This document shows positions 24,533-33,362 of a stretch of DNA of 46,052 bases, piece by piece. Each line of letters begins with the position of its first letter. Position 1 is the stretch's first letter. The notes under the pieces are model-generated. The model saw nothing but the letters and a program-made list of their open reading frames with translations, had not been told where the DNA came from and searched no databases. The stretch lies in the IMG/VR virus record IMGVR_UViG_3300032250_000128, positions 1 to 46,052 of that record; one strand, 5' to 3'. Both the position numbers and the translations under genes were made by a program. This DNA comes from a virus. Lineage: Duplodnaviria > Caudoviricetes.

Positions 24533-25731
24533 TAGACAATGCTCCATGTTGAACCAGAGGGAACCGTGACGGTAACCCCGGCATTAATAGTGACCGGCCC
24601 GAATGTACCAGCGTTGTAGCTTGCAGTCAGCGTGTAGTTTGCCGTGATCGTCTGCTGGTTCTCGTAGAAGATACGATCAGGCGATCCACCCGTAGGATAG
24701 ATCGAGCCGGTAGGGCCGGTCGGCCCAAGCGAACCAGTGGGGCCTGTTGGTCCGGCAACGGCAGAAGGCGCTCCTGTCGGACCCGTTGGACCGGCAGATC
24801 CTGCTGTACCCGTCGGGCCAGTAGGGCCAGCAACGGTAGAAGGTGCTCCTGTCGGACCCGTTGGACCGGCAGATCCTGCTGTACCCGTCGGACCGGTCGG
24901 ACCGGCAGATCCTGCTGTACCCGTCGGGCCAGTAGGGCCAGCAACGGTAGAAGGTGCTCCTGTCGGACCAGTCGGGCCGGCAGATCCTGCTGTGCCCGTA
25001 GGTCCAGTTGGGCCGGCAGATCCTGCTGTACCCGTAGGTCCAGTAGGACCAGCAACTGTAGAGGCGGCACCCGTCGGACCAGTCGGGCCGATGCTGCCCG
25101 TTGGGCCAGTAGGACCAGCAACTGTAGAGGCGGCACCCGTAGGTCCAGTCGGACCTGTAGCCCCAGTAGGTCCAACAGCGGTGGATGCAGGCCCCGTAGG
25201 ACCAGTCGGACCTGTAGCCCCAGTAGGTCCAACAGCGGTGGATGCAGGCCCCGTAGGACCAGTCGGGCCACCAAACTGACCTTGCGGGCCAGTGGGGCCG
25301 GACGGACCCGTGGGGCCGATGTCACCCTGAACGCCCTGCAACCCCTGCGGACCCTGCAAGCCAGTGGGGCCGGTGGGGCCAGCCACAGAGGACGCCGCGC
25401 CAGTCGCACCGGTGGGGCCGACAATGCCCTGCGGACCGGTGGGGCCTGCAACGCCGGTGGGGCCGGTGACGCCAATTGAGCCCGTTGGACCCGTTGAGCC
25501 AGTGGGGCCGGTCGCGCCGGTGGGGCCGGTTGGGCCAATGGGGCCACCAGAGGGGCCAGTGGGGCCGGTCGAGCCGGTCGGACCCGTCGGGCCAATCGGC
25601 CCGGCAGGCGTGAGAGCGCCAATCTGTGCCGTCGTGATGCGAACAGACGTTCCCGCCTGCACGGCTTCAAGCTGCTCGGTCCCGTTGAGGGCTATCGCCG
25701 CGCCGAGGTTCGGGATTTGGACTTGCGACAT
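24532..25731 (-). CDS. Collagen-like (GPT-repeat) fibre protein
   Basis: About 300 aa of interrupted G-P-T triplets. C-terminal FYEN...[19 protein letters not shown] domain. Confidence 0.92.
   Translation of the reverse strand: MSQVQIPNLGAAIALNGTEQLEAVQAGTSVRITTAQIGALTPAGPIGPTGPTGSTGPTGPSGGPIGPTGPTGATGPTGSTGPTGSIGVTGPTGVAGPTGPQGIVGPTGATGAASSVAGPTGPTGLQGPQGLQGVQGDIGPTGPSGPTGPQGQFGGPTGPTGPASTAVGPTGATGPTGPTGPASTAVGPTGATGPTGPTGAASTVAGPTGPTGSIGPTGPTGAASTVAGPTGPTGTAGSAGPTGPTGTAGSAGPTGPTGAPSTVAGPTGPTGTAGSAGPTGPTGTAGSAGPTGPTGAPSTVAGPTGPTGTAGSAGPTGPTGAPSAVAGPTGPTGSLGPTGPTGSIYPTGGSPDRIFYENQQTITANYTLTASYNAGTFGPVTINAGVTVTVPSGSTWSIV
25145..25258. repeat. Perfect 57-bp tandem duplication inside the collagen gene
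   Basis: 25145-25201 equals 25202-25258 (19 codons). Further near-perfect repeat units lie at about 24770-25140. Confidence 0.85.
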
Positions 25732-26225
25732 CAGAGCGGCCCTGTCTCTGGAATGGAAGTGTTGTTTGGAGGCAGATTGACAGGGCCGGGAACATTTGGA
25801 TCCGTACCGGGCTGCTCGTTGAGGCCACCCGGCGGCTCGCCAGTCTGCTGCGTGACACGAGTGTCGTCGTTCTGCGTGATGCGCGTATTGCCACCGGGGA
25901 CAGGGATGCCCGTCTCTTGATTGACGGTATCCAGCCCGGAAGTGACGCGCGTATTGCTCGCCGCCTGCGCGTAGTTCGGCACGCGTGGGTTCTGGATCGG
26001 CATCGGATCAGCCGGCACGACAATGGCGCGAAGCTGGTTCTGGGGCGTGTCTTCGCACGACCTGCACACAAGCAGGCGGGTGTTCTGAAGCGACGCGCCG
26101 CGCCAATCAAATTGGAACCGCAAGTCTGAGTGTGTGTACAAAAAGCCACAGCGATCACATTGACCGGCTGCCCTCGGGCTCTTGGCACTGACTTTCGCGC
26201 GACCCTGCTGGCTGGCGTAACCCAT
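25731..26225 (-). CDS. Conserved phage protein with Cys4 motif
   Basis: CDRCGF.Y...L...W.G.....LLVC..C.D.PQ.QL...DP.PI.NPR. Confidence 0.8.
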   Translation of the reverse strand: MGYASQQGRAKVSAKSPRAAGQCDRCGFLYTHSDLRFQFDWRGASLQNTRLLVCRSCEDTPQNQLRAIVVPADPMPIQNPRVPNYAQAASNTRVTSGLDTVNQETGIPVPGGNTRITQNDDTRVTQQTGEPPGGLNEQPGTDPNVPGPVNLPPNNTSIPETGPL

Positions 26226-26902
26226 CAGGCCCTCCAGTAGCCGGAAAGTTGGGGCGAGATGTACTGCTGCGCCTGCTCGATGCCCTGAGCCGCCGCGATC
26301 TCGTAGCTTTCGTCCGCCTGAGCCTTCAGCGCCGGAGCCATCTGGGGCGACCAGATCCGCGCCAGACGATACGTCAGGCCGTCAGCAAACGCCTCAAGCC
26401 ACAGATAGGGCACCTCGACCTGCTCGCCGCCTTGAAGGTTGCTGTCCTGCAAACGGCGCACTCGGTAGTATTTCAGGCTCGTCTGGGAGCCATCCGGGAC
26501 GGGCCACAGCGTGACGATCGGCGAAATCAGGCGGTCGAACCAGAACGTGGTCGGGAAGCCCTGCTGCGCCTTGTTGGGGTAGGACGCGTACTCGGTGCGG
26601 CTGATCGGTAGGATGATGCGGTCGATGCTGTCCGACACGATGTAAGCGTCGAGGATCATCACCGTGTTCGCATCGACAGCATACGTCGCCGTGCCCTGAA
26701 CCAGTGGCGTCGTGATGAGATCCACGGCCCACAAGTTGACTCCTTGGTTGCTAAAGCGGGAAAGCATCATGTTGGTTGCCATTCTGGCAACCTCCATGTG
26801 CTCCTGCAGTATAGCCGCAGGCCTGACGCCGATGTTCTGATAGGCGTACAGAACGATCTCGCCGAGCCCGGGGTTGAACGTGTACGTGCCGCTGGTCGCC
26901 AT
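26225..26902 (-). CDS. Head completion/adaptor protein
   Basis: MATSGTYTFN...NQGVNLW...ISRTEY..YPNK..QG.PT..WFDR...LWPVPD. Confidence 0.75.
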   Translation of the reverse strand: MATSGTYTFNPGLGEIVLYAYQNIGVRPAAILQEHMEVARMATNMMLSRFSNQGVNLWAVDLITTPLVQGTATYAVDANTVMILDAYIVSDSIDRIILPISRTEYASYPNKAQQGFPTTFWFDRLISPIVTLWPVPDGSQTSLKYYRVRRLQDSNLQGGEQVEVPYLWLEAFADGLTYRLARIWSPQMAPALKAQADESYEIAAAQGIEQAQQYISPQLSGYWRA

Positions 26903-26911
26903 GACAGCTCC

Positions 26912-27697
26912 TTACGTGGAAGCGTCGTTTTTGACGAGAACGAGGATGAACATCGAGGAGCAAGCGTTGTTCGCAGCATCGCCGATGGCCTGCGCCTCAA
27001 TCGTCGTCTTTTCAGGGACGACAAGCGGGTACTCGAAGGAGTAATCCGCAGCACTGTTGTTCACGGTGACCACCGCAGCCGTGAGGCGGATATTGTTGGT
27101 CCCACGCGTCATGAGGCGACCCGTCACAGCGTTCGACCCGGAAACCTGACCGGACGAGAACAACCCCTGAAACACGTAGGCCGTGTACCCGGCAGGAACC
27201 GTGTAGCTCCCGGTAACACGGGCGTTGTAGTCGAACGCAATAACGTCGTAAATCGTAGCGGGGACGCCCGCCGTGACGGTGCCCGTGCCGAAATAGATCG
27301 TTCCCGCAGCCGTATTGCCCGAACCCGCCGTCCGCACATAGCAGTTGTTGATGTGCAGGTACGATTTCGTCGTAGTAACCGCCGTCTGACCGTTCAGCGT
27401 AACAGTCTCGCTGATCACATTGTGGTTCGCGTCCAGACCTTCAAGGTAAACGGTACGAGCACCCGTTCCCGCAGACGTGTCCGCAGCATTGCTGGAGCTG
27501 ACCGAAAGCTGGAGAGCCGCAGCAGGGAAGGTGAGAAGACCACCTTGGGGCCACACGGTTTCGACAGACGTATCAACATCTGGGTTGTAACCGAAAACAG
27601 TGATGGACTGGTGCCACGAGATCTGGCCTCGCGCCACCTGAAGCTCGAACGGCTCATACCGACCGCTCTGCGTGATTGACCAAGCTGTAGTGGACAT
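26912..27697 (-). CDS. Structural protein, unknown function
   Basis: 261 aa beta-rich (FGYNPDVD, D.SAGTGARTV.LEGLD), in the structural operon. Confidence 0.75.
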   Translation of the reverse strand: MSTTAWSITQSGRYEPFELQVARGQISWHQSITVFGYNPDVDTSVETVWPQGGLLTFPAAALQLSVSSSNAADTSAGTGARTVYLEGLDANHNVISETVTLNGQTAVTTTKSYLHINNCYVRTAGSGNTAAGTIYFGTGTVTAGVPATIYDVIAFDYNARVTGSYTVPAGYTAYVFQGLFSSGQVSGSNAVTGRLMTRGTNNIRLTAAVVTVNNSAADYSFEYPLVVPEKTTIEAQAIGDAANNACSSMFILVLVKNDAST

Positions 27698-27699
27698 AT

Positions 27700-28098
27700 T
27701 CAGTCTTCCTTACGCTTGCCCGAGGGGCTGACAGGCCACGTCTTCCGGGCCGAACTGGTTTTCTTCCGTGCCATTGACGCCTTGTCCTCCTTGGACATGG
27801 AGGCGGCAGCGGCGGCAGGACGACAGGCCGGATAAGGACGCTTGCCCTTTTCACCTTCAATCCTACCACATTCCTTTCCGGTTTTCACATCGCGCCAATC
27901 TTCGCCAAACCACTTGCCCAAGCCGCCGCCAGACGCCTTGTTGACTCGATTGTCATCGCCGGACCACTTACCGCCCTTGGACTTGTACCACTTAGCCGCC
28001 CACGCATTCGCGTAGGCGCTCGGGTACACATCAAACTTAGCGCGGGCCGCTGCCTTGGCGCGGCCCCAGAGCCCTGAGTTTTGCGGCTTGGAGGCCAT
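27700..28098 (-). CDS. Basic conserved phage protein
   Basis: KFDVYPSAYAN.WA.K.YKSKGG.W joined through KASGG to L.KWF.EDW.DVKTGKECGR...YPACRP. Confidence 0.8.
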   Translation of the reverse strand: MASKPQNSGLWGRAKAAARAKFDVYPSAYANAWAAKWYKSKGGKWSGDDNRVNKASGGGLGKWFGEDWRDVKTGKECGRIEGEKGKRPYPACRPAAAAASMSKEDKASMARKKTSSARKTWPVSPSGKRKED

Positions 28099-28099
28099 G

Positions 28100-28345
28100 T
28101 CAGCAGTCCCACTTTCGCAACGCTTTATTGATCCGGCTATTAGGATCAGCAGCCGCAGCGGCGCCAGTCAACTTGCGCTTCATGCCGGTCATTCTAGCAC
28201 AGAATGACTTTTTGCGAGCACCGCCCTCGGGCTGCGGTCGCTTAATATCTTGACCTGCGGCACGGAGCGACGCGCGGCCCTTCTCATTGAGACCGCCGCT
28301 CGGGCTCTTGCCCTCCTTGCGGGTCCATGCCGGTGACTTCGCCAT
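28100..28345 (-). CDS. DUF6321-like basic phage protein
   Basis: AWTRKEGKSPSGGLNEKGRAS...RKKSFCARM.GM...DPNSRINKALRKWDC. Confidence 0.8.
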   Translation of the reverse strand: MAKSPAWTRKEGKSPSGGLNEKGRASLRAAGQDIKRPQPEGGARKKSFCARMTGMKRKLTGAAAAADPNSRINKALRKWDC

Positions 28346-28416
28346 CGCACCCTCCATACAAGTGCGGGGGCTCAAAGGCCCCCGCTCCCACGACTGAACG
28401 GAAAGGGAGAAAACGC

Positions 28417-28653
28417 TCAGTAGTGGGAAGCCTTGCCGCGAGGCGTGCCGGACGCCGCCGAGGAAAACACGCCGCCGCCGCTCTTGCGGGCGGGACGCTC
28501 GCAGCTTTCAGCAGAGGACATGACCTTCTTGGACGAGCCGCCCTTAGCATATCCGCCGGCCATCTTCTTGGCGGCCATGCCGCCCTTCTTGAAGCCGTTG
28601 GTCTTCTCTTCAGCTTCCTTGATCGTGGAAGCCTTGCCTTTGTAAGCACCCAT
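28417..28653 (-). CDS. Small Lys/Gly-rich protein with x-K-x-GG motifs
   Basis: 78 aa, GGAGG RBS. FKKGG, YAKGG, RKSGG. Confidence 0.7.
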   Translation of the reverse strand: MGAYKGKASTIKEAEEKTNGFKKGGMAAKKMAGGYAKGGSSKKVMSSAESCERPARKSGGGVFSSAASGTPRGKASHY

Positions 28654-28665
28654 GGAAGCCTCCTA

Positions 28666-29130
28666 TTAGACGATGTTACGAGCCTGAACGTACTCGACCT
28701 CGATGAATCCCGTTCCAGCGCCCGTGTTGGCCGAAAGAACGAAAATGCGCACGTCGCTGGCGCCAACATCGGCCCAAGCATTTACGCGCGTAGCACTAGC
28801 GCCCGGGGCAACATTGACGATTGCGAGCGTGCCGCCGGCCTGCGTGATCGCAAGCTCTGTCGCCGTAGCTGACGTGCCGACAGAAAACGTCGTAGCGGCC
28901 CCATCCCACACGACATTCACGTAAACGCGAATAGCGGTGACCATAGATCCAGCCGGAACGACGATGTCAGTCGTATAAAGGCCAGCCGTCGAGCCGTTCG
29001 TCGCCTGAGTAAGCGCCGAGGACTGAGACATCTTTACGAAGCCGACGTTTTTAATCGATCCGACCGTCGTTCCAGTCGTGTCGAGAACGTCACCGGCCTT
29101 GATCGGCCCGGTGAAAGTAGTAGTTCCCAT
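28666..29130 (-). CDS. Putative capsid decoration / minor head protein
   Basis: MGTTTFTGPIKAG, beta-rich, directly after the major capsid gene. GGAGGT RBS. Confidence 0.75.
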   Translation of the reverse strand: MGTTTFTGPIKAGDVLDTTGTTVGSIKNVGFVKMSQSSALTQATNGSTAGLYTTDIVVPAGSMVTAIRVYVNVVWDGAATTFSVGTSATATELAITQAGGTLAIVNVAPGASATRVNAWADVGASDVRIFVLSANTGAGTGFIEVEYVQARNIV

Positions 29131-29139
29131 CTTTACCTC

Positions 29140-29206
29140 CTGCACGAGATAAATCGCGTTGTCTGTGCAGCGCCCGCTAGGCCGGTCAACGCGATTAAAC
29201 GCCTAG
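29140..29206 (-). ncRNA. Candidate structured cis-regulatory RNA (interlocked double pseudoknot)
   Basis: Three perfect complementary pairs of 6, 10 and 6 bp in the order A-B-A'-C-B'-C', ending at the RBS. Confidence 0.6.
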
Positions 29207-29233
29207 AAAAAGGCGGGGCCGAAGCCCCGCCTT
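29207..29233 (-). terminator. Rho-independent terminator after the major capsid gene
   Basis: AAGGCGGGGC-TTCG-GCCCCGCCTT-TTT on the - strand. Confidence 0.9.
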
Positions 29234-29239
29234 GTAGCA

Positions 29240-30145
29240 TCAGGTCGGGAGCGATCCGAAGATCGAACGCCAGTTGTAGTAACCGAAGCTGTAACGTTCG
29301 TAACCCTTCACGAGAAGGTTATCAGTTACGAAGTCCACTTGCATGTCGGTTTCAAAGCCGACGCGCTCCATGTAGGAGAGGCCGTCGATGTTCGTGAGCA
29401 GGAACCAAGCACGAGCCGATGTGAGGTAATCGTTGACCATGTAGCCCTCGGGCAGGCCGCCCGAAGTCATCATGATCGCATTAACATCGTTGTCGGCAGT
29501 GCCGGGACGCAGTTCCGTCTTCGTCAGACGGATCGCAACCGGCTCAAGCTGCGGCGGGACGATCAGGCGACGACCGCGCGCGAAGACCTTCAGGCCAGCC
29601 TGATCCTTGAAGTTCGTGCGGATGGCGATCATGCCATTCAGCAGCGTGGCTTCGTTAAGATCGTTGGTGACGTAGTTGGAAATCGTGCCGCCATCAATCG
29701 GATGCGACGCCGACACAAGAGCGACGCCGTCACCGCCGACCGACGCATTGTAGGTCGTGGCAGTGTTCAGCACGTTCGCGCCGTAGATTTCCTTGGTCTG
29801 AGCGAAAGACTCGATCAGGCCGAGGTTCGACGGGGCGAACTGGCTCTTGTAGAGGTTGTCGTCGATGGCCTTGCGGGTGATCGCGTAACCCAACCCGATT
29901 TCGACGTGCTCCTGATTGTAGACGTAACGTTCGCCGGCGCTGTTATCGAACGCCGTCTGACCGCCTTCCGTCTTCAACTGAGCATAGCCGAGGAAGCGCA
30001 TCTCAGCGGTGCGCTCCAGAGCCATCTTCGAGTTGTGCTTCGTGAAGATCTTGTCGTACTGGCTGGGAATCATTTCGTACTTGCCTTCGATCCCCCGCAG
30101 CCCGGGAAGGAGCAAGTCTCTGATTGCACTAAGATTTACGGCCAT
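29240..30145 (-). CDS. Major capsid protein
   Basis: 301 aa. LLLPGL, K.EG....FD, LGYAITR.AIDDNLY, GGDGVAL.S.SHP, LIVPPQL, AWFL.T, ERYSFG..NWR. Followed by a strong terminator. Confidence 0.88.
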   Translation of the reverse strand: MAVNLSAIRDLLLPGLRGIEGKYEMIPSQYDKIFTKHNSKMALERTAEMRFLGYAQLKTEGGQTAFDNSAGERYVYNQEHVEIGLGYAITRKAIDDNLYKSQFAPSNLGLIESFAQTKEIYGANVLNTATTYNASVGGDGVALVSASHPIDGGTISNYVTNDLNEATLLNGMIAIRTNFKDQAGLKVFARGRRLIVPPQLEPVAIRLTKTELRPGTADNDVNAIMMTSGGLPEGYMVNDYLTSARAWFLLTNIDGLSYMERVGFETDMQVDFVTDNLLVKGYERYSFGYYNWRSIFGSLPT

Positions 30146-30156
30146 AGGTTCTCTCC

Positions 30157-30645
30157 CTAATGGCTAGGGTTAGAAGGAATGTGTCGCCACGACCTGCCTG
30201 TGCGGACTAGCCACACATTTGAAGGATCTATGCCGTAACGCTTAGCCAGAACGTCATTGCTCTCAGTTGAAGCCCTGATTTCGAGGACATCTTTTTCAGA
30301 AAGCTTTGATGTTCCAATTGCCTCGCCATTAACAACACGCCGCCCTCTGGCCTCGCGGTCAGACACGTTATCTTTTTGCGTTCCGAGGGTGAGATGATCC
30401 GGGTTTATGCAAGCAGGGTTATCACACGAGTGACGAACAACCATTCCTTTAGGAATAGGCCCTTTGTACACTTCATATGAAATACGATGAGCCCGCTGAT
30501 TTTTGCCAGCGCGGCTCATCATCCCATAGCCGCCAGAACCATAATAGCCGACCCACTCCCAACAACCATTCTCAGCAAGGCGAGAGCGATTGAAGAGCGT
30601 GTACTTCAGCAAATCAGAGTTCGTGACAACTTTAAACTCAGTCAT
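30157..30645 (-). CDS. HNH homing endonuclease
   Basis: CWEW.G....GYG, AHRISY, VRHSCDNPACINPDHL.LGT..DN. Visibly AT-richer than its flanks. Confidence 0.92.
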   Translation of the reverse strand: MTEFKVVTNSDLLKYTLFNRSRLAENGCWEWVGYYGSGGYGMMSRAGKNQRAHRISYEVYKGPIPKGMVVRHSCDNPACINPDHLTLGTQKDNVSDREARGRRVVNGEAIGTSKLSEKDVLEIRASTESNDVLAKRYGIDPSNVWLVRTGRSWRHIPSNPSH

Positions 30646-30654
30646 CTCAATCTC

Positions 30655-31287
30655 TTACGCGAGGCCAGTCGGGCCGGCACCGTTGGTGCGGCTGGACGCG
30701 TTGTTGAAGGCAACGATCACGCGGTTGAACTCGGACGCCGCGTCAGTACCCTCCGCGCCCGGAGGCGAATCGATGAGACCAACAACAATGAACGGGTGCG
30801 TGACCGTGGTGGCGAGCGTGTTGACGTTCACGGAAGCCGTGGACAGGCCGTTCGCGGTGTTGCCATTCGGCGTACCCGAGAGGCCAATGCCGTACCCGAT
30901 GTTGACGTACTCGCCAATGTTGGCGAACGCCACGGCAGCAGTGCCAGCGCTATCAGAGGACTGAACCTCAAACTGCATCTGGGGGTTGCTGTACAGGTAC
31001 GCCTCAACGTCCGAAGAGGCGTCCGCGCCGGGCCAATAGTTTGACCAGACAACGCGCTTCTGAGAGGTCGAGAGATACTTGCAGCCCGAGAAAATGCCTT
31101 CGCAGCGGACAGTGCCGCCGGCAGACATCTGGGTGATGTACCCAGTCGTCAGGGGGATTACAGGATCGCCCTGAAAGATCTTCGTCGTGTTGTCGGACTT
31201 GATGTAGCGGGTCGCAAGCTCGTAGGTCGGCGCAGCGCCATTACCACGGTACGGAATGAAACCGAAGGGTGCGTTTGTATTCGGCAC
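30655..31287 (-). CDS. Capsid stabilisation/cement-like protein
   Basis: N.NAPFGF.P, IFQGDPV, GIFSGC.Y, FEVQ. Upstream of the capsid gene. GTG start with AGGAGG. Confidence 0.75.
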   Translation of the reverse strand: MPNTNAPFGFIPYRGNGAAPTYELATRYIKSDNTTKIFQGDPVIPLTTGYITQMSAGGTVRCEGIFSGCKYLSTSQKRVVWSNYWPGADASSDVEAYLYSNPQMQFEVQSSDSAGTAAVAFANIGEYVNIGYGIGLSGTPNGNTANGLSTASVNVNTLATTVTHPFIVVGLIDSPPGAEGTDAASEFNRVIVAFNNASSRTNGAGPTGLA

Positions 31288-31380
31288 GACGGCTCCTCCT
31301 TCTTACAGGAAGCTCCGTCACCTCACACCGGGGAGGCTAAGGAAGCAAGGATAAGCTATTCTCCCGCGCCGGGGGGAGAA
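31288..31380 (-). promoter_or_regulatory. Structured 5' leader: two hairpins with CCCGGYGY loops plus an RBS-sequestering hairpin
   Basis: TTCTCCC-CCCGGCGC-GGGAGAA, CCTC-CCCGGTGT-GAGG, and GACGG..CTTCC...GGAGG..CCGTC. Confidence 0.55.
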
Positions 31381-31435
31381 ATGGACGCAGAGCACCCATA
31401 AGCCGATCATAATACTGTTCGTTGCTGAAAAGTAA

Positions 31436-31457
31436 AGAGCCGCCCGGAGGCGGCTCT
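31436..31457 (-). terminator. Terminator-like hairpin
   Basis: AGAGCCGCC-4 nt-GGCGGCTCT followed by TTACTTTT on the - strand. Confidence 0.65.
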
Positions 31458-31472
31458 ATTTGCTGTCACCAA

Positions 31473-32033
31473 TCAATCTTTGGGGATTGGTATGGCCTCG
31501 AAGGACTTGCTGATCCTCGGCGAAACTCGCGAGTCATCGCGGGTCATCGTCCCGTCCGGGGTCGAGGCGAGCTGCTGCTCCTTCACCCGAACCTGCTGAC
31601 GGGCGCGCAGAAGATCCATGCGACGCACCTCTGCCGAGATCTCGGCGGGGCGCTCCATCAGCACCATGCCCTTGCGCTCAATGGTCCCCTTCGTCCAGTT
31701 CTCGGGCATCATTGACCGATGGCGAGCGCAACGATCAACGGGGACCGGATCCCAGCCCTCACGCGCCAACTGGACGGTGTAGGCAGGATCCTCTTGATTG
31801 AAGATCGTGTGGCGCTTCCACTCATACGTCCACCCGTCCGGGACAATGCTGGGCGGGATGTAGAACTCATCCGTGCCCTCATCGAGGCCGCCAAGGTGCC
31901 CACGGATCTCTTCCGCACGCTTTCTGGCGCGTTCACGCGGATCCTCTTCCTTGGGGTTGGTGCGCAGTGGCGGGCGCTCCGGGGCGGCCTCAACGGTGGC
32001 CGCCGCTTCCTGAAACTTGCTAACGCGAGCCAT
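31473..32033 (-). CDS. Conserved head-cluster protein
   Basis: PDGWTYEWKR, REGWDPV, IERKGMVLMERP. Between scaffold and capsid genes. Confidence 0.78.
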   Translation of the reverse strand: MARVSKFQEAAATVEAAPERPPLRTNPKEEDPRERARKRAEEIRGHLGGLDEGTDEFYIPPSIVPDGWTYEWKRHTIFNQEDPAYTVQLAREGWDPVPVDRCARHRSMMPENWTKGTIERKGMVLMERPAEISAEVRRMDLLRARQQVRVKEQQLASTPDGTMTRDDSRVSPRISKSFEAIPIPKD

Positions 32034-32048
32034 TGTAGTCTCCAAGAA

Positions 32049-32945
32049 TTAGAGACGCCCTTCCTTCTGAAGCAGCGTCTTGTTGAGGGCGTACTCTTCT
32101 TCAGTCATGCCAAGATCGCGGGCCGTTTCCGCCTCCGCGCGCGTCAGACGCACCGTGCCGGGGCGCTGGCCGCTGGCGTTGCCTGCCCGAGTGACGGGCG
32201 CAGCCGGCGGAGCCGAGCGACGCTGGACCACTTTGGCAGCAGACGACGAGGCGTCGTCATCAGCCTCCGCCTCTTGCTTGGCGGCGGACGGGCGACGATT
32301 GATCTTCAGCGTGTCCTCGATGAAGCCGAAGTAGTCGTCGGTGTCCGGCTGCATTCCGTCCGCGAGGGCCAGATTGTGAGCCGCCACCATCTTCTGGTAC
32401 ATGCGCTGATCGGTGACGCAGCTCGGGTTTTTGCGGATCCAGTCCGCAGAACGAGGCGAAAGCTGATTCGCCAGCGCCTCCACCGGGTCTGACGGGCGCG
32501 CGGGCTCTGGACGTTGCGGCTTGGGAGCCTGCTCCATGGCCGAGCGGCCCCTTTCTAGCTCCATGAGGCGCGCAGCGTTGAGCGAAAGCGCCTCTTGGAT
32601 CTCGGCGGTTTTGCCGTAGTCGCCAACAGACAGGGCCTCGCTGTACGCGCGCTTCAGAACCTCGTTGTTACCCTTGACGGTCTCAATGGCGCTCTTCACG
32701 AGCTGCAAATTGGTGTCATGCACCTCATTGCTGGCGTAGTAGGCGTGCTCGCGGGCCGCCTGAGCCTGCTTTTCGGCCTCCGCACGGGCCATTCGCTCCT
32801 GTTCGAGGCGCATTTTGAGGTCTTTGATCCCATCATCGGGCTCAAGTTCCTGTCTTGCCTCTACTTCAGGCTCTTTTCCGGTCTTTTCGACCTCGGGAAC
32901 GCTGTCTTCGATCTCAACTTCGATTTTTTCGTCGTTGCTGGACAT
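32049..32945 (-). CDS. Putative scaffolding protein
   Basis: Acidic N-terminus, long coiled coil, C-terminal VRLT..E...ARDLGMT.EEYA. Confidence 0.7.
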   Translation of the reverse strand: MSSNDEKIEVEIEDSVPEVEKTGKEPEVEARQELEPDDGIKDLKMRLEQERMARAEAEKQAQAAREHAYYASNEVHDTNLQLVKSAIETVKGNNEVLKRAYSEALSVGDYGKTAEIQEALSLNAARLMELERGRSAMEQAPKPQRPEPARPSDPVEALANQLSPRSADWIRKNPSCVTDQRMYQKMVAAHNLALADGMQPDTDDYFGFIEDTLKINRRPSAAKQEAEADDDASSSAAKVVQRRSAPPAAPVTRAGNASGQRPGTVRLTRAEAETARDLGMTEEEYALNKTLLQKEGRL

Positions 32946-32952
32946 GTTTTCC

Positions 32953-33345
32953 TCACCAAACCAGATCGGGATGCGAGATTTTGGCGCGGATAGACATGTC
33001 ATCGAGCATCCGGCAGAGCGTGCCGTTCACCGTGACGTTCCAACCGTCAGACGGGCGGAACACAATCCAGTCGCCTTCCTTGATGTCGAGGCCAGAGAAC
33101 CACTCTCCGTCCTTATCAACGAACGCAGTCGGCCCCTTCTTGATGATGAGGCCCACTTTTGATTGGTAACGGTCCTCGTCGCGGGCCTTATCGGACAGAA
33201 AGATGCCGCTTTTAGTCTTTTCGGGGCGAATATAGACCGCCACAAGCACTTGCATGTTGAAGACATCAATCTTGGAGATGTCCCCAACCTGCTCCAGAAG
33301 AACCTCCTTTGGATCCTTCTCGTGCAACATCGCAATGTTAGACAT
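32953..33345 (-). CDS. GroES/Cpn10-like co-chaperonin
   Basis: EKTKSGIFL mobile loop, GLIIKKGPTA, IKEGDWIVF, RMLDD..I.A. Confidence 0.85.
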   Translation of the reverse strand: MSNIAMLHEKDPKEVLLEQVGDISKIDVFNMQVLVAVYIRPEKTKSGIFLSDKARDEDRYQSKVGLIIKKGPTAFVDKDGEWFSGLDIKEGDWIVFRPSDGWNVTVNGTLCRMLDDMSIRAKISHPDLVW

Positions 33346-33362
33346 TTTGTCTCCCCTTATTG

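Noticed and set aside
24627-25780. Alternative-frame and antisense repeat ORFs (GPVGP..., Leu/Arg-rich) and a possible CRISPR-like array
   Set aside because: By-products of collagen codon repeats. There is no constant repeat with unique spacers and no cas gene.
28366-28390. GC hairpin between small basic genes as a terminator
   Set aside because: The stem is present but there is no convincing U-tract on the coding strand. Left unannotated.
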